The notes under the pieces: model-generated
The model's database searches: none
What the model was told of the DNA's origin: nothing
Seen by the model: the letters and a program-made list of their open reading frames with translations, nothing else
Assembly (NCBI GenBank): GCA_035290625.1
Contig: DATDTY010000033.1
Location: 20,482-84,481 of the forward strand
Direction: 5' to 3'
Length of the DNA stretch: 64,000 nucleotides
DNA from: Candidatus Nanoarchaeia archaeon
GTDB lineage: Archaea; Nanobdellota; Nanobdellia; Woesearchaeales; DATDTY01
Translations under genes and position numbers: made by a program
Shown here: positions 15,488 to 25,578 of the stretch, piece after piece
Position numbering within the stretch: position 1 is the first letter of the stretch
Layout: each line of letters starts with the position of its first letter

Positions 15488-18400
15488 AGCCAAAAAAAGT
15501 CCTTCTGCTTGGAAGCGGCAGCCTGAAGATCGGAGAGGCTGGAGAATTTGATTACTCGGGATCACAGTGCATCAAGGCATTGAAGGAGGATGGGATTTTC
15601 GTTGTTTTAATCAACCCTAACATTGCGACCTATCAAACCTCTGAAGGTCTTGCTGATATTGTGTATTTCCTTCCTGTAACACCTTATTTTGTGGAGAAGA
15701 TCATTGAAAAGGAAAAGCCGGATTCTATCCTCCTGTCCTTCGGAGGCCAGACTGCGCTCAGCTGCGGGCTTAGCCTGGCAGCATCGGGTGTGCTGGAGAA
15801 GCACGGGCTTTGCGTCCTTGGAACTCCTGTTGAGGCGATTGAGCAGACCGAGGATCGTGAGAAGTTTGCAAAGCTGCTCGGCAGCATTGATGTGAAGACC
15901 CCAATGTCTTTTCCAGCCACGACAGTTGAAGACAGCCTGGCGGCAGCCGAAAAGATAGGATATCCTGTGATGATGCGGTCTGGTTTTTCTCTCGGAGGCC
16001 TTGGCTCAGGGAAAGCCAAGAATCCGGAGGAGCTTGCTGAGATGGCGCAGAAGGCGCTTGCCCAGGTCTCCCAAATCCTCATCGAAGAGTCTGTGCATGG
16101 GTGGAAGGAGATTGAATATGAGGTTGTCAGAGATGCATTTGACAATTGCATCACTGTCTGCAATATGGAGAATATGGATCCCATGGGAATCCACACCGGA
16201 GAGAGCATTGTTGTTGCGCCTTCGCAAACCCTGACAAATACCGAGTATCATTTCCTGAGGGAAATTTCCATCAAAGTAATCCGGGAGCTGAAGATTGTGG
16301 GAGAGTGCAATATCCAGTTTGCCCTTTCACCTGAATCACTGGACTACCGTGTGATTGAGGTCAATGCACGGCTGTCGCGCTCAAGCGCGCTTGCGTCAAA
16401 AGCGACAGGATACCCTCTGGCTTTTGTGGCTGCGAAGCTCGGCCTTGGGTATAGCCTTCCAGAAATCCCTAATTCGATCACACAGGTCACAAAGGCCTGT
16501 TTTGAACCCTCTCTCGATTATATTGTGGTGAAAATCCCCCGCTGGGACTTCCATAAGTTCCGGGAAGTCAGAAGGCAGATTGGCAGCGAAATGAAGTCTG
16601 TTGGAGAGGTGATGGCTATAGCCAGATCCTTTGAGGAGGCGCTGCAGAAAGCAGTCCGGATGCTGCATATCGGGATGAAGGGACTGAGCCAAAACGGCCT
16701 GGTGTTCTCTGACCTGGAGAGCGAGATTACCAATCCGACAGACATGAGGCTTTATGCAGTTGCAGAGGCGTTCAGGCAGGGATTTTCTGTTTCCAAGGTC
16801 CATTCGTTGAGCAGGATCGACCCCTGGTTCCTTCATAAGATACAGGGCATCGTTGAGTATGAGAAGAGGATCGTAGCAGAAGCGCTCACTGCTCCACTGC
16901 TCAGACGGGCAAAACAACTTGGATTTTCTGACAGCCAGATTGGGAATCTTAAGGGGATGCAGGAGCTTGAAGTCAGGAAGCTGAGGAAAGGGCTTGGGGT
17001 GATTCCCTTTGTCAAGCAGATTGACACCTTAGGGGCAGAATACCCAGCCAGAACCAACTATCTCTACCTTACCTACAATGGATCTGAGCATGACATCACT
17101 TTTGCATCCCCCGATGCTGCACCCTCTCACGCAGTTGTGGTTCTTGGATCAGGCACCTATTCCATCGGAAGTTCTGTGGAGTTCGACTGGTGCTGCGTGA
17201 ATGCAGTTTCCACAGCAAAAAAGCTCGGGTATGAGACAATCATGATCAATTATAATCCCGAGACAGTCTCCACTGACTATGACACCTGCGACAAGCTCTA
17301 TTTTGATGAGCTCAGCTTTGAGCGCGTCCTCGATATCTATGAGCTTGAGCAGCCTCACGGCCTTATTGTGTCAATGGGCGGGCAGGTGCCTAACAGCCTT
17401 GCATTGAAATGCATGAAGGCGCATGTATCTGTCCTCGGGACATCTCCTGAGATGATTGATATGGCTGAGGACAGGCATAAGTTTTCCAAGCTGCTGGATT
17501 CGCTCGGCATTGACCAGCCTGCGTGGAAAGAGCTTACTTCAGTGGAGGAAGCGCAGGCATTTGCCAAGAATGTTGGGTATCCTGTCCTGGTGCGGCCCAG
17601 CTATGTCCTGTCAGGAGCAGCCATGAGCCTTTCCTTTGATGACTCTTCTCTTGCAGAATATCTCCAGAGGGCGTCCTCTGTAACTCCTGAGCATCCTGTT
17701 GTCATCTCAAAGTTCATTGCCAATGCCAAGGAAATCGAATTTGATGCTGTCAGCCAGCATGGCGAAATCGTGGTGTACGCGATTACTGAGCATGTTGAGA
17801 ATGCGGGCGTGCATTCAGGCGACGCTACTATGGTTCTTCCGACGCAGAAAACGTACTCCGAAAGCCTGAGGCGGATCAAGCAGGCATCCCGATCAATAGC
17901 AAAAGCACTTGACATATCCGGACCGTTCAATATCCAGTTTCTGGCAAAGGGAAACCATCTGAAGGTCATCGAGTGCAACCTCCGGGCAAGCAGGAGCTTT
18001 CCTTTTGTATCTAAAGTCTTCAAAAAGAACTTCGCTGATATAGCCACTCGGGTGATTCTCGGTCAGCACGTGGCAGAGCATATTGCTGAACTTCCGTCGT
18101 ATGTTGGCGTAAAGGCTCCCCAATTCTCATTTTTCAGGCTCAAGGGAGCAGATCCCATCACTGGCGTGGAGATGGCGTCCACTGGAGAGGTTGCGTGCTT
18201 TGGGGAGGATGTTGAGGAGGCTTTCCTGAAGGCGATGATCTCAACAGGATTCAGGCTGCCCCGGAAATCGATCTTCGTTACTGTTGGAGGAGATGAGATG
18301 CGCTATGAGCTTCTGGATTCTGTGCTCACCTTCCATTACTTGGGGTTCGGCCTGTATGGCACTGAGCACACCTCACTTTTCTTTCAAAAGCATGGCATCC

Positions 18401-18669
18401 CGATGCAGAAGCTGTACAAAATTCACGAGCCTGAGGAGCCAAATATCCTAAGTGCAGTCAAGCAGGGGAAGATCGATCTGGTGATTTCGATACCAGACCC
18501 CCGAAAGCAGAGAGACAGCCAGGATAAGATATTCTCCCGGAGATTTGCTGTTGACTTCTCTGTTCCTTTGCTCAGCAACCTGCAGCTGGTGAAGCTTTTC
18601 TCCTCAGCGATTGCATCGAAGGGTATGGAGGATCTTGCCATCAAGCATTGGGGGGAGTATAGGATTTAA
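15484..18669 (+). CDS. carB: Carbamoyl-phosphate synthase large subunit (1061 aa)
   Basis: Duplicated ATP-grasp halves and an MGS-like C-terminal domain. Overlapping start with carA. Confidence 0.9.
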   Translation: MKPKKVLLLGSGSLKIGEAGEFDYSGSQCIKALKEDGIFVVLINPNIATYQTSEGLADIVYFLPVTPYFVEKIIEKEKPDSILLSFGGQTALSCGLSLAASGVLEKHGLCVLGTPVEAIEQTEDREKFAKLLGSIDVKTPMSFPATTVEDSLAAAEKIGYPVMMRSGFSLGGLGSGKAKNPEELAEMAQKALAQVSQILIEESVHGWKEIEYEVVRDAFDNCITVCNMENMDPMGIHTGESIVVAPSQTLTNTEYHFLREISIKVIRELKIVGECNIQFALSPESLDYRVIEVNARLSRSSALASKATGYPLAFVAAKLGLGYSLPEIPNSITQVTKACFEPSLDYIVVKIPRWDFHKFREVRRQIGSEMKSVGEVMAIARSFEEALQKAVRMLHIGMKGLSQNGLVFSDLESEITNPTDMRLYAVAEAFRQGFSVSKVHSLSRIDPWFLHKIQGIVEYEKRIVAEALTAPLLRRAKQLGFSDSQIGNLKGMQELEVRKLRKGLGVIPFVKQIDTLGAEYPARTNYLYLTYNGSEHDITFASPDAAPSHAVVVLGSGTYSIGSSVEFDWCCVNAVSTAKKLGYETIMINYNPETVSTDYDTCDKLYFDELSFERVLDIYELEQPHGLIVSMGGQVPNSLALKCMKAHVSVLGTSPEMIDMAEDRHKFSKLLDSLGIDQPAWKELTSVEEAQAFAKNVGYPVLVRPSYVLSGAAMSLSFDDSSLAEYLQRASSVTPEHPVVISKFIANAKEIEFDAVSQHGEIVVYAITEHVENAGVHSGDATMVLPTQKTYSESLRRIKQASRSIAKALDISGPFNIQFLAKGNHLKVIECNLRASRSFPFVSKVFKKNFADIATRVILGQHVAEHIAELPSYVGVKAPQFSFFRLKGADPITGVEMASTGEVACFGEDVEEAFLKAMISTGFRLPRKSIFVTVGGDEMRYELLDSVLTFHYLGFGLYGTEHTSLFFQKHGIPMQKLYKIHEPEEPNILSAVKQGKIDLVISIPDPRKQRDSQDKIFSRRFAVDFSVPLLSNLQLVKLFSSAIASKGMEDLAIKHWGEYRI

Positions 18670-18735
18670 CAGGATTTAACAGGATTAGCGGTATGTCTCA
18701 GTCATCTTTAAATAGTTTTTTAGACCCCCGTCCTC

Positions 18736-20907
18736 ATGAAAGTCCTTTTGTGGCTTTTTTTGGGGCAGCTTTGCCTTGTGATACTTCCAACTGCGTCTTC
18801 TTTGCGTTTTAATGAGATCATGTATGATCCTGCGGGCTCAGACTCAGGAAACGAGTGGATTGAGCTTTACAATGATGAGAATTCTTCCATTAACCTCTCT
18901 GATTGGACCTTTTTTGAGGGAGGAGTGCATCACCAGATCAACGCCTTCCAAGGCTCTTTTGTCCTTGAGCCGGGGGAGTTTGCCATCCTCGCTGATGATG
19001 CGGCTTCCTTTAACCAGAGCCATGGGTTTTTAGGAAGCATTTTGGATACAAGCTGGAGCTCTCTCAGCAATTCAGGCGAGAACCTCTCTCTGGAGGATCC
19101 ATCTCAGGCAGTTATTGCTGGCACTTTCTATGACTCCGGCTTTGGAGCAGCAGGCAATGGCAAGAGCCTGGAATATTATGATGGCTGGGTTGAGTCAGTT
19201 GTTTTTAATGGGACTCCGGGAGCAGCAAACTCTGTGCTTGCTTTTATCAACTTTACCTCTTATTTCAATGCAGTTACCATTACTGAAATCATGCCGGATC
19301 CTGATGGGGATGATAACGCCGCCAAGCCAGGAGGTGAATGGGTCGAGCTGTACAACCCAACCCCCTTCCTTCTTGAACTGGAGGGGTTTGTGCTTTATGA
19401 TTCAGATCCTTCCCATCTCCTCTATGTCACGGATATGAATACAGATGGGAACTCTTCCCTTGCGCCGTATTCGTACTTGGTCGTTTATCGGGATCTTGAT
19501 TCAGACTTCACACTCAACAATCTTGGATTTGAGCAGGTCCAGTTCGCGTTTCCCAATCTTACTGTTATTGACTCAGCCTCCTATAGCAGGACTGAGGGGA
19601 ACTTCTCCTGGAGCAAACTCGATTCCTGGGGGATCTCTGCGCCGACTCCCGGGAAGTCAAATTCGAATGTCTCTCTTGGCGACTGCGATTATTCTGTTGA
19701 TGTCAGCCTTGCAGCTCCGGCGTTCCTGAATGGCTCAGATGTCGAATTTTCCATTATTGTATCCAGGAGCTATGGTGATCCCTCAAATCTTACCTTGGAG
19801 CGATGGATTGAGGATTTATTCGGCCAGAGGATGCTTTCGTATGATGCCCTTAACTTCAGCATTGTCAATCGCAAGACCTCTACTCTCTCCCCTAATCTTG
19901 CTTCGGATGACTATAGAGTCTTTGCCAATATCACGTCAATCAGCTGCAATGATGCGTTGCCTGAAAACAACTTTGATTCTGAGCTGCTTGTAGTCAGAGA
20001 GGAGCCGCGTGTTAGCGCCAGTTCGCTCCGTATAGCTTCTGTGCTCGATCTTGGCTCTGACCAGAGGGCAAGATTCGGCCAGGTGATTAGGGCCAGGATC
20101 CAGTCTAATCGGGGAAATTCGAGCCAATCAACTGTGAAGGCCTGGGTTGGCAGAGGGGGCTTTCGGATAAGCAAGATCTCTACATTCTCCCTTCCAGAGT
20201 ACACAAGCCAGGATTTAACATTGCCAATCCAGATTGATGCGAATTGCGATGATGACACCAATGATGGCTCTTATTCTGTCTATGCAGAAGGATTTGGGCT
20301 GGAGCATTCTTTTCCTCTTGAGGTTCGGGGCATTACCGATGATCTCTGCCAGGAGGTTACTGTCCAAACAAAGCAGCAGCTTCCTGAACTGGAGATATCT
20401 TTTGATTCGTTTCCAGAAACCCTTACAGAGCCCGGAACATTTCCCATACCCCTTACAGTAAGGAATAATGATGATGAAGACCACGCTTTGGTCATTTGGA
20501 GCTATTTCTACAGAGGATCGAAGAGCTATTCTGGAGAGCGCCAGGCAAACCAGAAAGAGGTTCTTATCGATGCAGGCGACGAGAAGTCTATCGAGCTTGC
20601 AACTCCTTTTGAAGTCCAAGATCCCGGAGAGTACAGGCTTCGGGCAGTCTACCTCAAGGATGACTTCTCTACAGAAAACTCGCTGACGCGCATCATTACA
20701 TTCAAGCCGGAGATTAAGTCCAGCGCTACTACTGTGCCTGCTGCTGCTGTCCTTGCAGATATTCCTCCTCAACAGGCAAAGCCTTCTGTTGCTGCACGGC
20801 AGGAGATCGTCTATCTTTCTTCAACTGAGAAAGCCCGTGATGCTGCTGATCTGTTGCTGATTGGGGTTCTTACGCTGCTTGCCAGCGTACTGCTGTGGAG
20901 GCGGTGA
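18736..20907 (+). CDS. Secreted surface protein with two lamin-tail (LTD) domains, many N-glycosylation sequons and a C-terminal TM anchor
   Basis: Signal peptide. RFNEIMYDPAGSDSGNEWIELYN and ITEIMPDPDGDD ... EWVELYN LTD motifs. Numerous NxS/T sequons. C-terminal LLLIGVLTLLASVLLWRR. Confidence 0.6.
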   Translation: MKVLLWLFLGQLCLVILPTASSLRFNEIMYDPAGSDSGNEWIELYNDENSSINLSDWTFFEGGVHHQINAFQGSFVLEPGEFAILADDAASFNQSHGFLGSILDTSWSSLSNSGENLSLEDPSQAVIAGTFYDSGFGAAGNGKSLEYYDGWVESVVFNGTPGAANSVLAFINFTSYFNAVTITEIMPDPDGDDNAAKPGGEWVELYNPTPFLLELEGFVLYDSDPSHLLYVTDMNTDGNSSLAPYSYLVVYRDLDSDFTLNNLGFEQVQFAFPNLTVIDSASYSRTEGNFSWSKLDSWGISAPTPGKSNSNVSLGDCDYSVDVSLAAPAFLNGSDVEFSIIVSRSYGDPSNLTLERWIEDLFGQRMLSYDALNFSIVNRKTSTLSPNLASDDYRVFANITSISCNDALPENNFDSELLVVREEPRVSASSLRIASVLDLGSDQRARFGQVIRARIQSNRGNSSQSTVKAWVGRGGFRISKISTFSLPEYTSQDLTLPIQIDANCDDDTNDGSYSVYAEGFGLEHSFPLEVRGITDDLCQEVTVQTKQQLPELEISFDSFPETLTEPGTFPIPLTVRNNDDEDHALVIWSYFYRGSKSYSGERQANQKEVLIDAGDEKSIELATPFEVQDPGEYRLRAVYLKDDFSTENSLTRIITFKPEIKSSATTVPAAAVLADIPPQQAKPSVAARQEIVYLSSTEKARDAADLLLIGVLTLLASVLLWRR

Positions 20908-20933
20908 ACCCATTCCATGAATCCTGTGAATCA

Positions 20934-21078
20934 GGCTCTGTAGAAAGCCAATCGGCATCGGGCTCGCCTGTGGGGAGATAGGCGATTGCTGACACCCCCG
21001 AAGGGGTCTACCCCCTGTCAGCAGTGCTGATGAAGCTGAAGAAGCTCGCAAAAATGATGCCGGGCTTTCTACAGAGCC
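20934..21078. mobile_element. MITE-like element family 1, copy 3 (145 bp). Terminal repeats GGCTCTGTAGAAAGCC / GGCTTTCTACAGAGCC, with two compensatory base changes relative to the other copies. 7-bp flanking gtgaatc.
   Basis: A->T and T->C changes in the left arm are matched by T->A and A->G in the right arm. Internal 9-bp duplication gaagaagct. Confidence 0.7.
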
Positions 21079-21122
21079 CGTGAATCCTATAGTTTTATAA
21101 AATTCATGCCTCTTCTCTCTTT

Positions 21123-21980
21123 ATGGCCTATCTCTTTCGCTCTGTTGTTGGAAACGTCGTCTTTGATGAACACTTGAGCATCCTTGAGGGTTCTGCTGGA
21201 TCAGGCATTCAGGAGATTCCAGCACATCTCGTTCCAAAGGCGCTTAAGGCGCTCAAGGACCCCAGATTTTTCTCCTTGTTCAGGAAGGCGAACATTGAGC
21301 TGACGAAGGCAGACATCCGGACTGCTGTTACTGAAGACGTCCTGATCGTCCAGGCAGTCCATATGCTTGATGAACTCCATCGGGCGATGAATATGCTGAG
21401 CACCCAGTTCAGGGAATGGTATGGCTATTATAACCCTGAATTCTCATGGCAGCAGACAGACAACTCAAAATTTATTGACTGTGTTGCTTCCGGCGCTGCT
21501 CCAAAAGCCCTTGACAGCATGGGAGGCAATCTTTCCAAGAAAGATGCGGTTTTTCTGCAGGAGATGAGCATAAAGCTTGGCCAGCTCAACAGCCTGAAAG
21601 CTGATCTTGAGGAGTACCTTGACGGCCTGATGGGGCGAGTCTGCCCAAATGTGGCTGCAATCACCGGGTTTCTCATCGGAGCAAAGCTGCTCGAGAAGGC
21701 AGGATCTCTCCGCCGCCTCTCTGAACTTTCAAGCCAGACAGTCCAGGTATTGGGGGCAGAAAAGGCGTTGTTCAGGCATCTGCGGAATAAGAGGATGCTT
21801 CCGCCAAAATATGGCCTGCTCCATGAGCATCCCCTGATCATGAAAGCACCGAAGGCTGAGCACGGCAAGCGCGCCCGGTTTTTGGCAGACAAGATTGCGA
21901 TTGCATCGAAGGTCGATTATTTCAAGGGCCCTTTTATAGGAGACCGGATCACTAATGAACTGCATCAGAGGTTTCCATGA
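21123..21980 (+). CDS. nop5: C/D-box snoRNP protein Nop5 (Nop56/58 homolog), short form apparently lacking the coiled-coil domain
   Basis: NOP5 N-terminal domain. Nop domain AAITGFLIGAKLLEKAGSL ... GAEKALFRHL. Operon with fibrillarin. Confidence 0.8.
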   Translation: MAYLFRSVVGNVVFDEHLSILEGSAGSGIQEIPAHLVPKALKALKDPRFFSLFRKANIELTKADIRTAVTEDVLIVQAVHMLDELHRAMNMLSTQFREWYGYYNPEFSWQQTDNSKFIDCVASGAAPKALDSMGGNLSKKDAVFLQEMSIKLGQLNSLKADLEEYLDGLMGRVCPNVAAITGFLIGAKLLEKAGSLRRLSELSSQTVQVLGAEKALFRHLRNKRMLPPKYGLLHEHPLIMKAPKAEHGKRARFLADKIAIASKVDYFKGPFIGDRITNELHQRFP

Positions 21981-22633
21981 ACGAGACTTTTAAGGGCGTT
22001 TTTGCAAAAGGCAAGGACTTCTATACCAGGAATATTGTTCCTGGCACAAGCGTCTATGGAGAGGCCCTTGTCAAAGAGGGCAAGGCTGAGTTTCGGCAGT
22101 GGAATCCCAACAAATCCAAGCTGTGCGCCAGCCTCCATAAGAGGATATCGCAGATCGGAATCAAGCCCGGGATGGCAGTATTGTACTTAGGCAGCTCTAC
22201 AGGAACCACTGTCTCGCATGTTTCGGATATTGTTGACCCGGGGTTTGTGTTTGCGCTTGACAGCAGCCCGAGAGTGATGAGGGATCTTGTGCACCTCTGC
22301 GAACGCAGGAGCAATATCGCGCCTGTGCTTGCTGACGCTCGCCACCCTGAGCGCTATGCCCACCGCATATCCCGGGTTGATGCCCTCTACCAGGACGTCA
22401 GCCAGAAGAACCAGGTTGAAATCTTTAAAAAGAACGCAGATATGTTCCTGAAGCCCGGCGGGTTTGGGGTGCTGTGCATCAAGGCACGGAGCATTGATGT
22501 TACCAAATCTCCCAAAGCAATTTTTAGCCAGGTCCGCAAGGAATTAGAAATCTTTATAACCCTTGTTGATTACCGAGAGCTTGATCCCTTCCAGAAGGAT
22601 CATATCATCTTCGTTTGCAAGAAAAGTCCATAA
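21977..22633 (+). CDS. flpA: Fibrillarin-like rRNA/tRNA 2'-O-methyltransferase
   Basis: LYLGSSTGTTVSHVSDIV SAM-binding motif. Overlapping start with nop5. Confidence 0.9.
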   Translation: MNETFKGVFAKGKDFYTRNIVPGTSVYGEALVKEGKAEFRQWNPNKSKLCASLHKRISQIGIKPGMAVLYLGSSTGTTVSHVSDIVDPGFVFALDSSPRVMRDLVHLCERRSNIAPVLADARHPERYAHRISRVDALYQDVSQKNQVEIFKKNADMFLKPGGFGVLCIKARSIDVTKSPKAIFSQVRKELEIFITLVDYRELDPFQKDHIIFVCKKSP

Positions 22634-22666
22634 ACAAATCCATAAACCAACCAAACCAGAGGCACC

Positions 22667-22960
22667 ATGGGGCTGTTTTCATTCGGTAAATCTATCTTTG
22701 ACAAATACGGGATTGACGTGATTGAGAGGGTTACACAGATTCTTGAGCATGAGGACGAGATACTGAGGCTCAGGAGCCAGCTTTCCAGGCTTCGTGAAGA
22801 GGCGCAGGCAGCTGTTGAAAAACGGATTGAGGCAATCCAGGCTGACATGTCTAAAGCGGTCCAGGAGCTTTCGCTTACTCCAAAACAAGTGAGCGAGATC
22901 AAACGCTATCTTAGAAAACTCCAGGATGATTTTGAGAGGAGGGATTATGGGAAAAGGTGA
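22667..22960 (+). CDS. Hypothetical coiled-coil protein (97 aa)
   Basis: ORF only. Confidence 0.35.
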   Translation: MGLFSFGKSIFDKYGIDVIERVTQILEHEDEILRLRSQLSRLREEAQAAVEKRIEAIQADMSKAVQELSLTPKQVSEIKRYLRKLQDDFERRDYGKR

Positions 22961-23252
22961 TTATGAAGCAATCATGAGCATGGCAAAGCTCATTGCCAAG
23001 AGCCAAGAACAATCCCTTGCCCTTATGCGCGATGCCTTGGAGTATTACACTAAGGAACAAAAACTGTCCCAAGGGTTCAATGATGAACGCCGGGCAGCTG
23101 GAAATCTTGATCAGGCTGCAGGCTTTCGCAAACTGGAGCTTGGACGGAGCCAGCAGGACAGGAAAATCCTCTTAGCGAAGGCCAAGGCATTGCTCCAAAA
23201 CTCTGAGAAGCTCAATACCGACCAATTGAAGCTGCTTAACAAGCTTTTGTGA
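22947..23252 (+). CDS. Hypothetical helical protein (start at MGKGDYEAIM)
   Basis: ORF only. Confidence 0.3.
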   Translation: MGKGDYEAIMSMAKLIAKSQEQSLALMRDALEYYTKEQKLSQGFNDERRAAGNLDQAAGFRKLELGRSQQDRKILLAKAKALLQNSEKLNTDQLKLLNKLL

Positions 23253-23281
23253 CAATCTTTATATAGGCTTCTTGCTCTTTT

Positions 23282-24685
23282 TTGCGTATGGCCTTTATGC
23301 TTTATAATACCCTCTCTAGGAAGCGAGAGGCATTCAAGCCATTGAAGAAAAAGGTCGGATTGTACACCTGCGGCCCGACGATCTATGACTTCGCGCACAT
23401 CGGAAATTTCCGGGCGTATATCTGCAGCGATCTCCTTAAGCGTTATCTCATCTATTCAAAATACAAGGTTAAGCACGTCATGAACTTAACTGACGTTGAT
23501 GATAAGACGATTAAGGGCTCTGTTCAGGCAGGCATGCCTTTGAAACAGTTTACCCAGAACTTTGAAAAGGCTTTCTTTGAGGATTTGGAGACCCTGAATA
23601 TCGAAAAGGCAGATATCTTTCCAAAAGCTACTGAGCATATCCGGGAGATGGTGGCTCTTGTTAAGAAACTGCTGCAGAAGAAGATTGCATACCGGGGAGA
23701 GGACGGTTCTGTGTATTATGCCATCTCTGCATTTAAATCCTACGGAAGGCTGTCGCATACAAAGATTGCATCATTGAAAGCTGGGGCGCGAGTAAAGCAG
23801 GATCAGTATGATAAAGAGGAGGCGCAGGATTTTGCATTGTGGAAGGCGCATTCAACCGAGGACGGGGATGTTTTTTGGGAGACCTCACTCGGCAAGGGGC
23901 GGCCTGGATGGCATATTGAATGCTCTGCAATGTCAACCAAGTACCTGGGGCAGCCTTTTGATATCCATGCTGGCGGGATTGACCTTGTTTTTCCGCACCA
24001 TGAGAATGAGATTGCGCAAAGCGAAGGAGCTGTTGGGAAGAAACTTGCCAGATTTTGGTTTCATAACGAGCATCTCCTTGTTGATGGAAGGAAGATGTCA
24101 AAATCCCTTGAAAATTTCTTTACACTCAGGGACTTATTGAAGAAAGGCTATGATGCAAGGGCAATCCGATACCTTCTTTTGTCTGTCCATTACAGGCAAC
24201 AATTGAATTTTACTGAAGAAGGGCTGAAAGCTGCCGGAAATGCTGTTGAGCGATTGCAGACATTTGCTGACAAGCTTCAGACGTTTAATGCTTCGCATAC
24301 AAGGGATTCCAAACTAAAGAAGATTATTGAAAAAGCTGAGAAGGATTTTGCAAAAAGGATGGACGATGATCTGAATATCTCTGAGGCGTTGGCTGTTATC
24401 TTCGATTTTGTTAAAAAGATCAATAAGAAGATGGAAGCGGGGATTGATACTAAGGACGCTTCCGAGATTCTCGATTTTATGAAAAGGATTGACTCAGTCT
24501 TGGGCGTTCTGGAATTCGGAAGAGAAGAGATTCCAGCTGCTATACAGAAGCTTGCTTGCGAGAGGGAGAAGGCGAGGAAAGAGAAGGATTTCGCAAGGGC
24601 GGACAGGATCAGAAATGAGATACGAGAAAAAGGATATGCTATTGAAGATACGACTCGCGGAGCAGATCTACGAAAGAACTCTTAA
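23282..24685 (+). CDS. cysS: Cysteinyl-tRNA synthetase
   Basis: CGPTIYDFAHIGN (HIGH-motif variant HIGN) and KMSKSLEN. Zinc-binding Cys. Confidence 0.85.
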   Translation: MRMAFMLYNTLSRKREAFKPLKKKVGLYTCGPTIYDFAHIGNFRAYICSDLLKRYLIYSKYKVKHVMNLTDVDDKTIKGSVQAGMPLKQFTQNFEKAFFEDLETLNIEKADIFPKATEHIREMVALVKKLLQKKIAYRGEDGSVYYAISAFKSYGRLSHTKIASLKAGARVKQDQYDKEEAQDFALWKAHSTEDGDVFWETSLGKGRPGWHIECSAMSTKYLGQPFDIHAGGIDLVFPHHENEIAQSEGAVGKKLARFWFHNEHLLVDGRKMSKSLENFFTLRDLLKKGYDARAIRYLLLSVHYRQQLNFTEEGLKAAGNAVERLQTFADKLQTFNASHTRDSKLKKIIEKAEKDFAKRMDDDLNISEALAVIFDFVKKINKKMEAGIDTKDASEILDFMKRIDSVLGVLEFGREEIPAAIQKLACEREKARKEKDFARADRIRNEIREKGYAIEDTTRGADLRKNS

Positions 24686-25569
24686 ATCCTGTCTGAGCTT
24701 AATCTTGTTGTATCCATGTGCTCATATATATGAGGATCTGTATCCGGCTCTTGGTTATTCATAGGTTCCAGATTTGATATGTTCCTTGCATACTTGACTA
24801 ACTTCTCGGTTAACTCTTCCAGTTCAACTTCCGGTTGCCAGAAGTCGTCATTTACAAAATAAATTTCCGATTTCGTGTCGGGTATTCTTGTGCAGTTCAG
24901 AGAGTTTTTCTTCAATGCAACCTGTATTTTTGCAATAAGCCCCCCTCTTGGCTCATTGCTTATATTCGGGGTTACAAACCATTTCCCACCTTCTGCAAAA
25001 GTGACAAATCGTATATCCTCCCCTGGTTTTTGGTAGGGGCCGTCCCATTTGCTTGACCCTATTATCTCTGAAGCTACTTCTCCAAAGTTCAACGCTGTCT
25101 TGTACGCCTCATTTTCGCTTAAACAATACTCTCTGACCAGTTGATTCATAATAGCACCTATCCTTTTCGCTGTTTCACTTGTATATCCCTGCTCAACAAA
25201 TTCTTTTGCCCGCTCGAACCCGATTCCTAAACGCTGCAGCATTTCGCTAATCTTCACTGCAGTTCCGTACACGTCAGATTTCTTGCTGTGGTTCATCTCT
25301 ACAACTTCTATAGCTTGCTGTATCGCCCACCCATACGTGGTAGACAGCACCATGATCTGGTATACATCCTCGCCGCCTTTTTTTGTAATGAAACTCTTTA
25401 ATTGATTTTCCCCTGCCATGTCTAGCTTATGATTGAACGCCCTTGCTTCTTGAATTATGCTTGCCGTAGCTTCAACCGGTAGAACTCTTTCTGCATCCCT
25501 TCCCGCAACCTCTGCCCGAGCCTCCTTGTCTAAAACCGTCTCTTCTATTTGTCTTATTGATCTCCTCAT
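24682..25569 (-). CDS. Hypothetical protein (295 aa)
   Basis: ORF. Convergent 4-nt overlap with the cysS stop. Confidence 0.4.
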   Translation of the reverse strand: MRRSIRQIEETVLDKEARAEVAGRDAERVLPVEATASIIQEARAFNHKLDMAGENQLKSFITKKGGEDVYQIMVLSTTYGWAIQQAIEVVEMNHSKKSDVYGTAVKISEMLQRLGIGFERAKEFVEQGYTSETAKRIGAIMNQLVREYCLSENEAYKTALNFGEVASEIIGSSKWDGPYQKPGEDIRFVTFAEGGKWFVTPNISNEPRGGLIAKIQVALKKNSLNCTRIPDTKSEIYFVNDDFWQPEVELEELTEKLVKYARNISNLEPMNNQEPDTDPHIYEHMDTTRLSSDRI

Positions 25570-25578
25570 CGTAACCTC

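Noticed and set aside
15600-18650. Numerous antisense or out-of-frame ORFs inside carB, gyrA, valS, secD and other long genes in the six-frame track
   Set aside because: They are embedded in well-supported long genes with clear family motifs. Biased composition makes such ORFs expected by chance.
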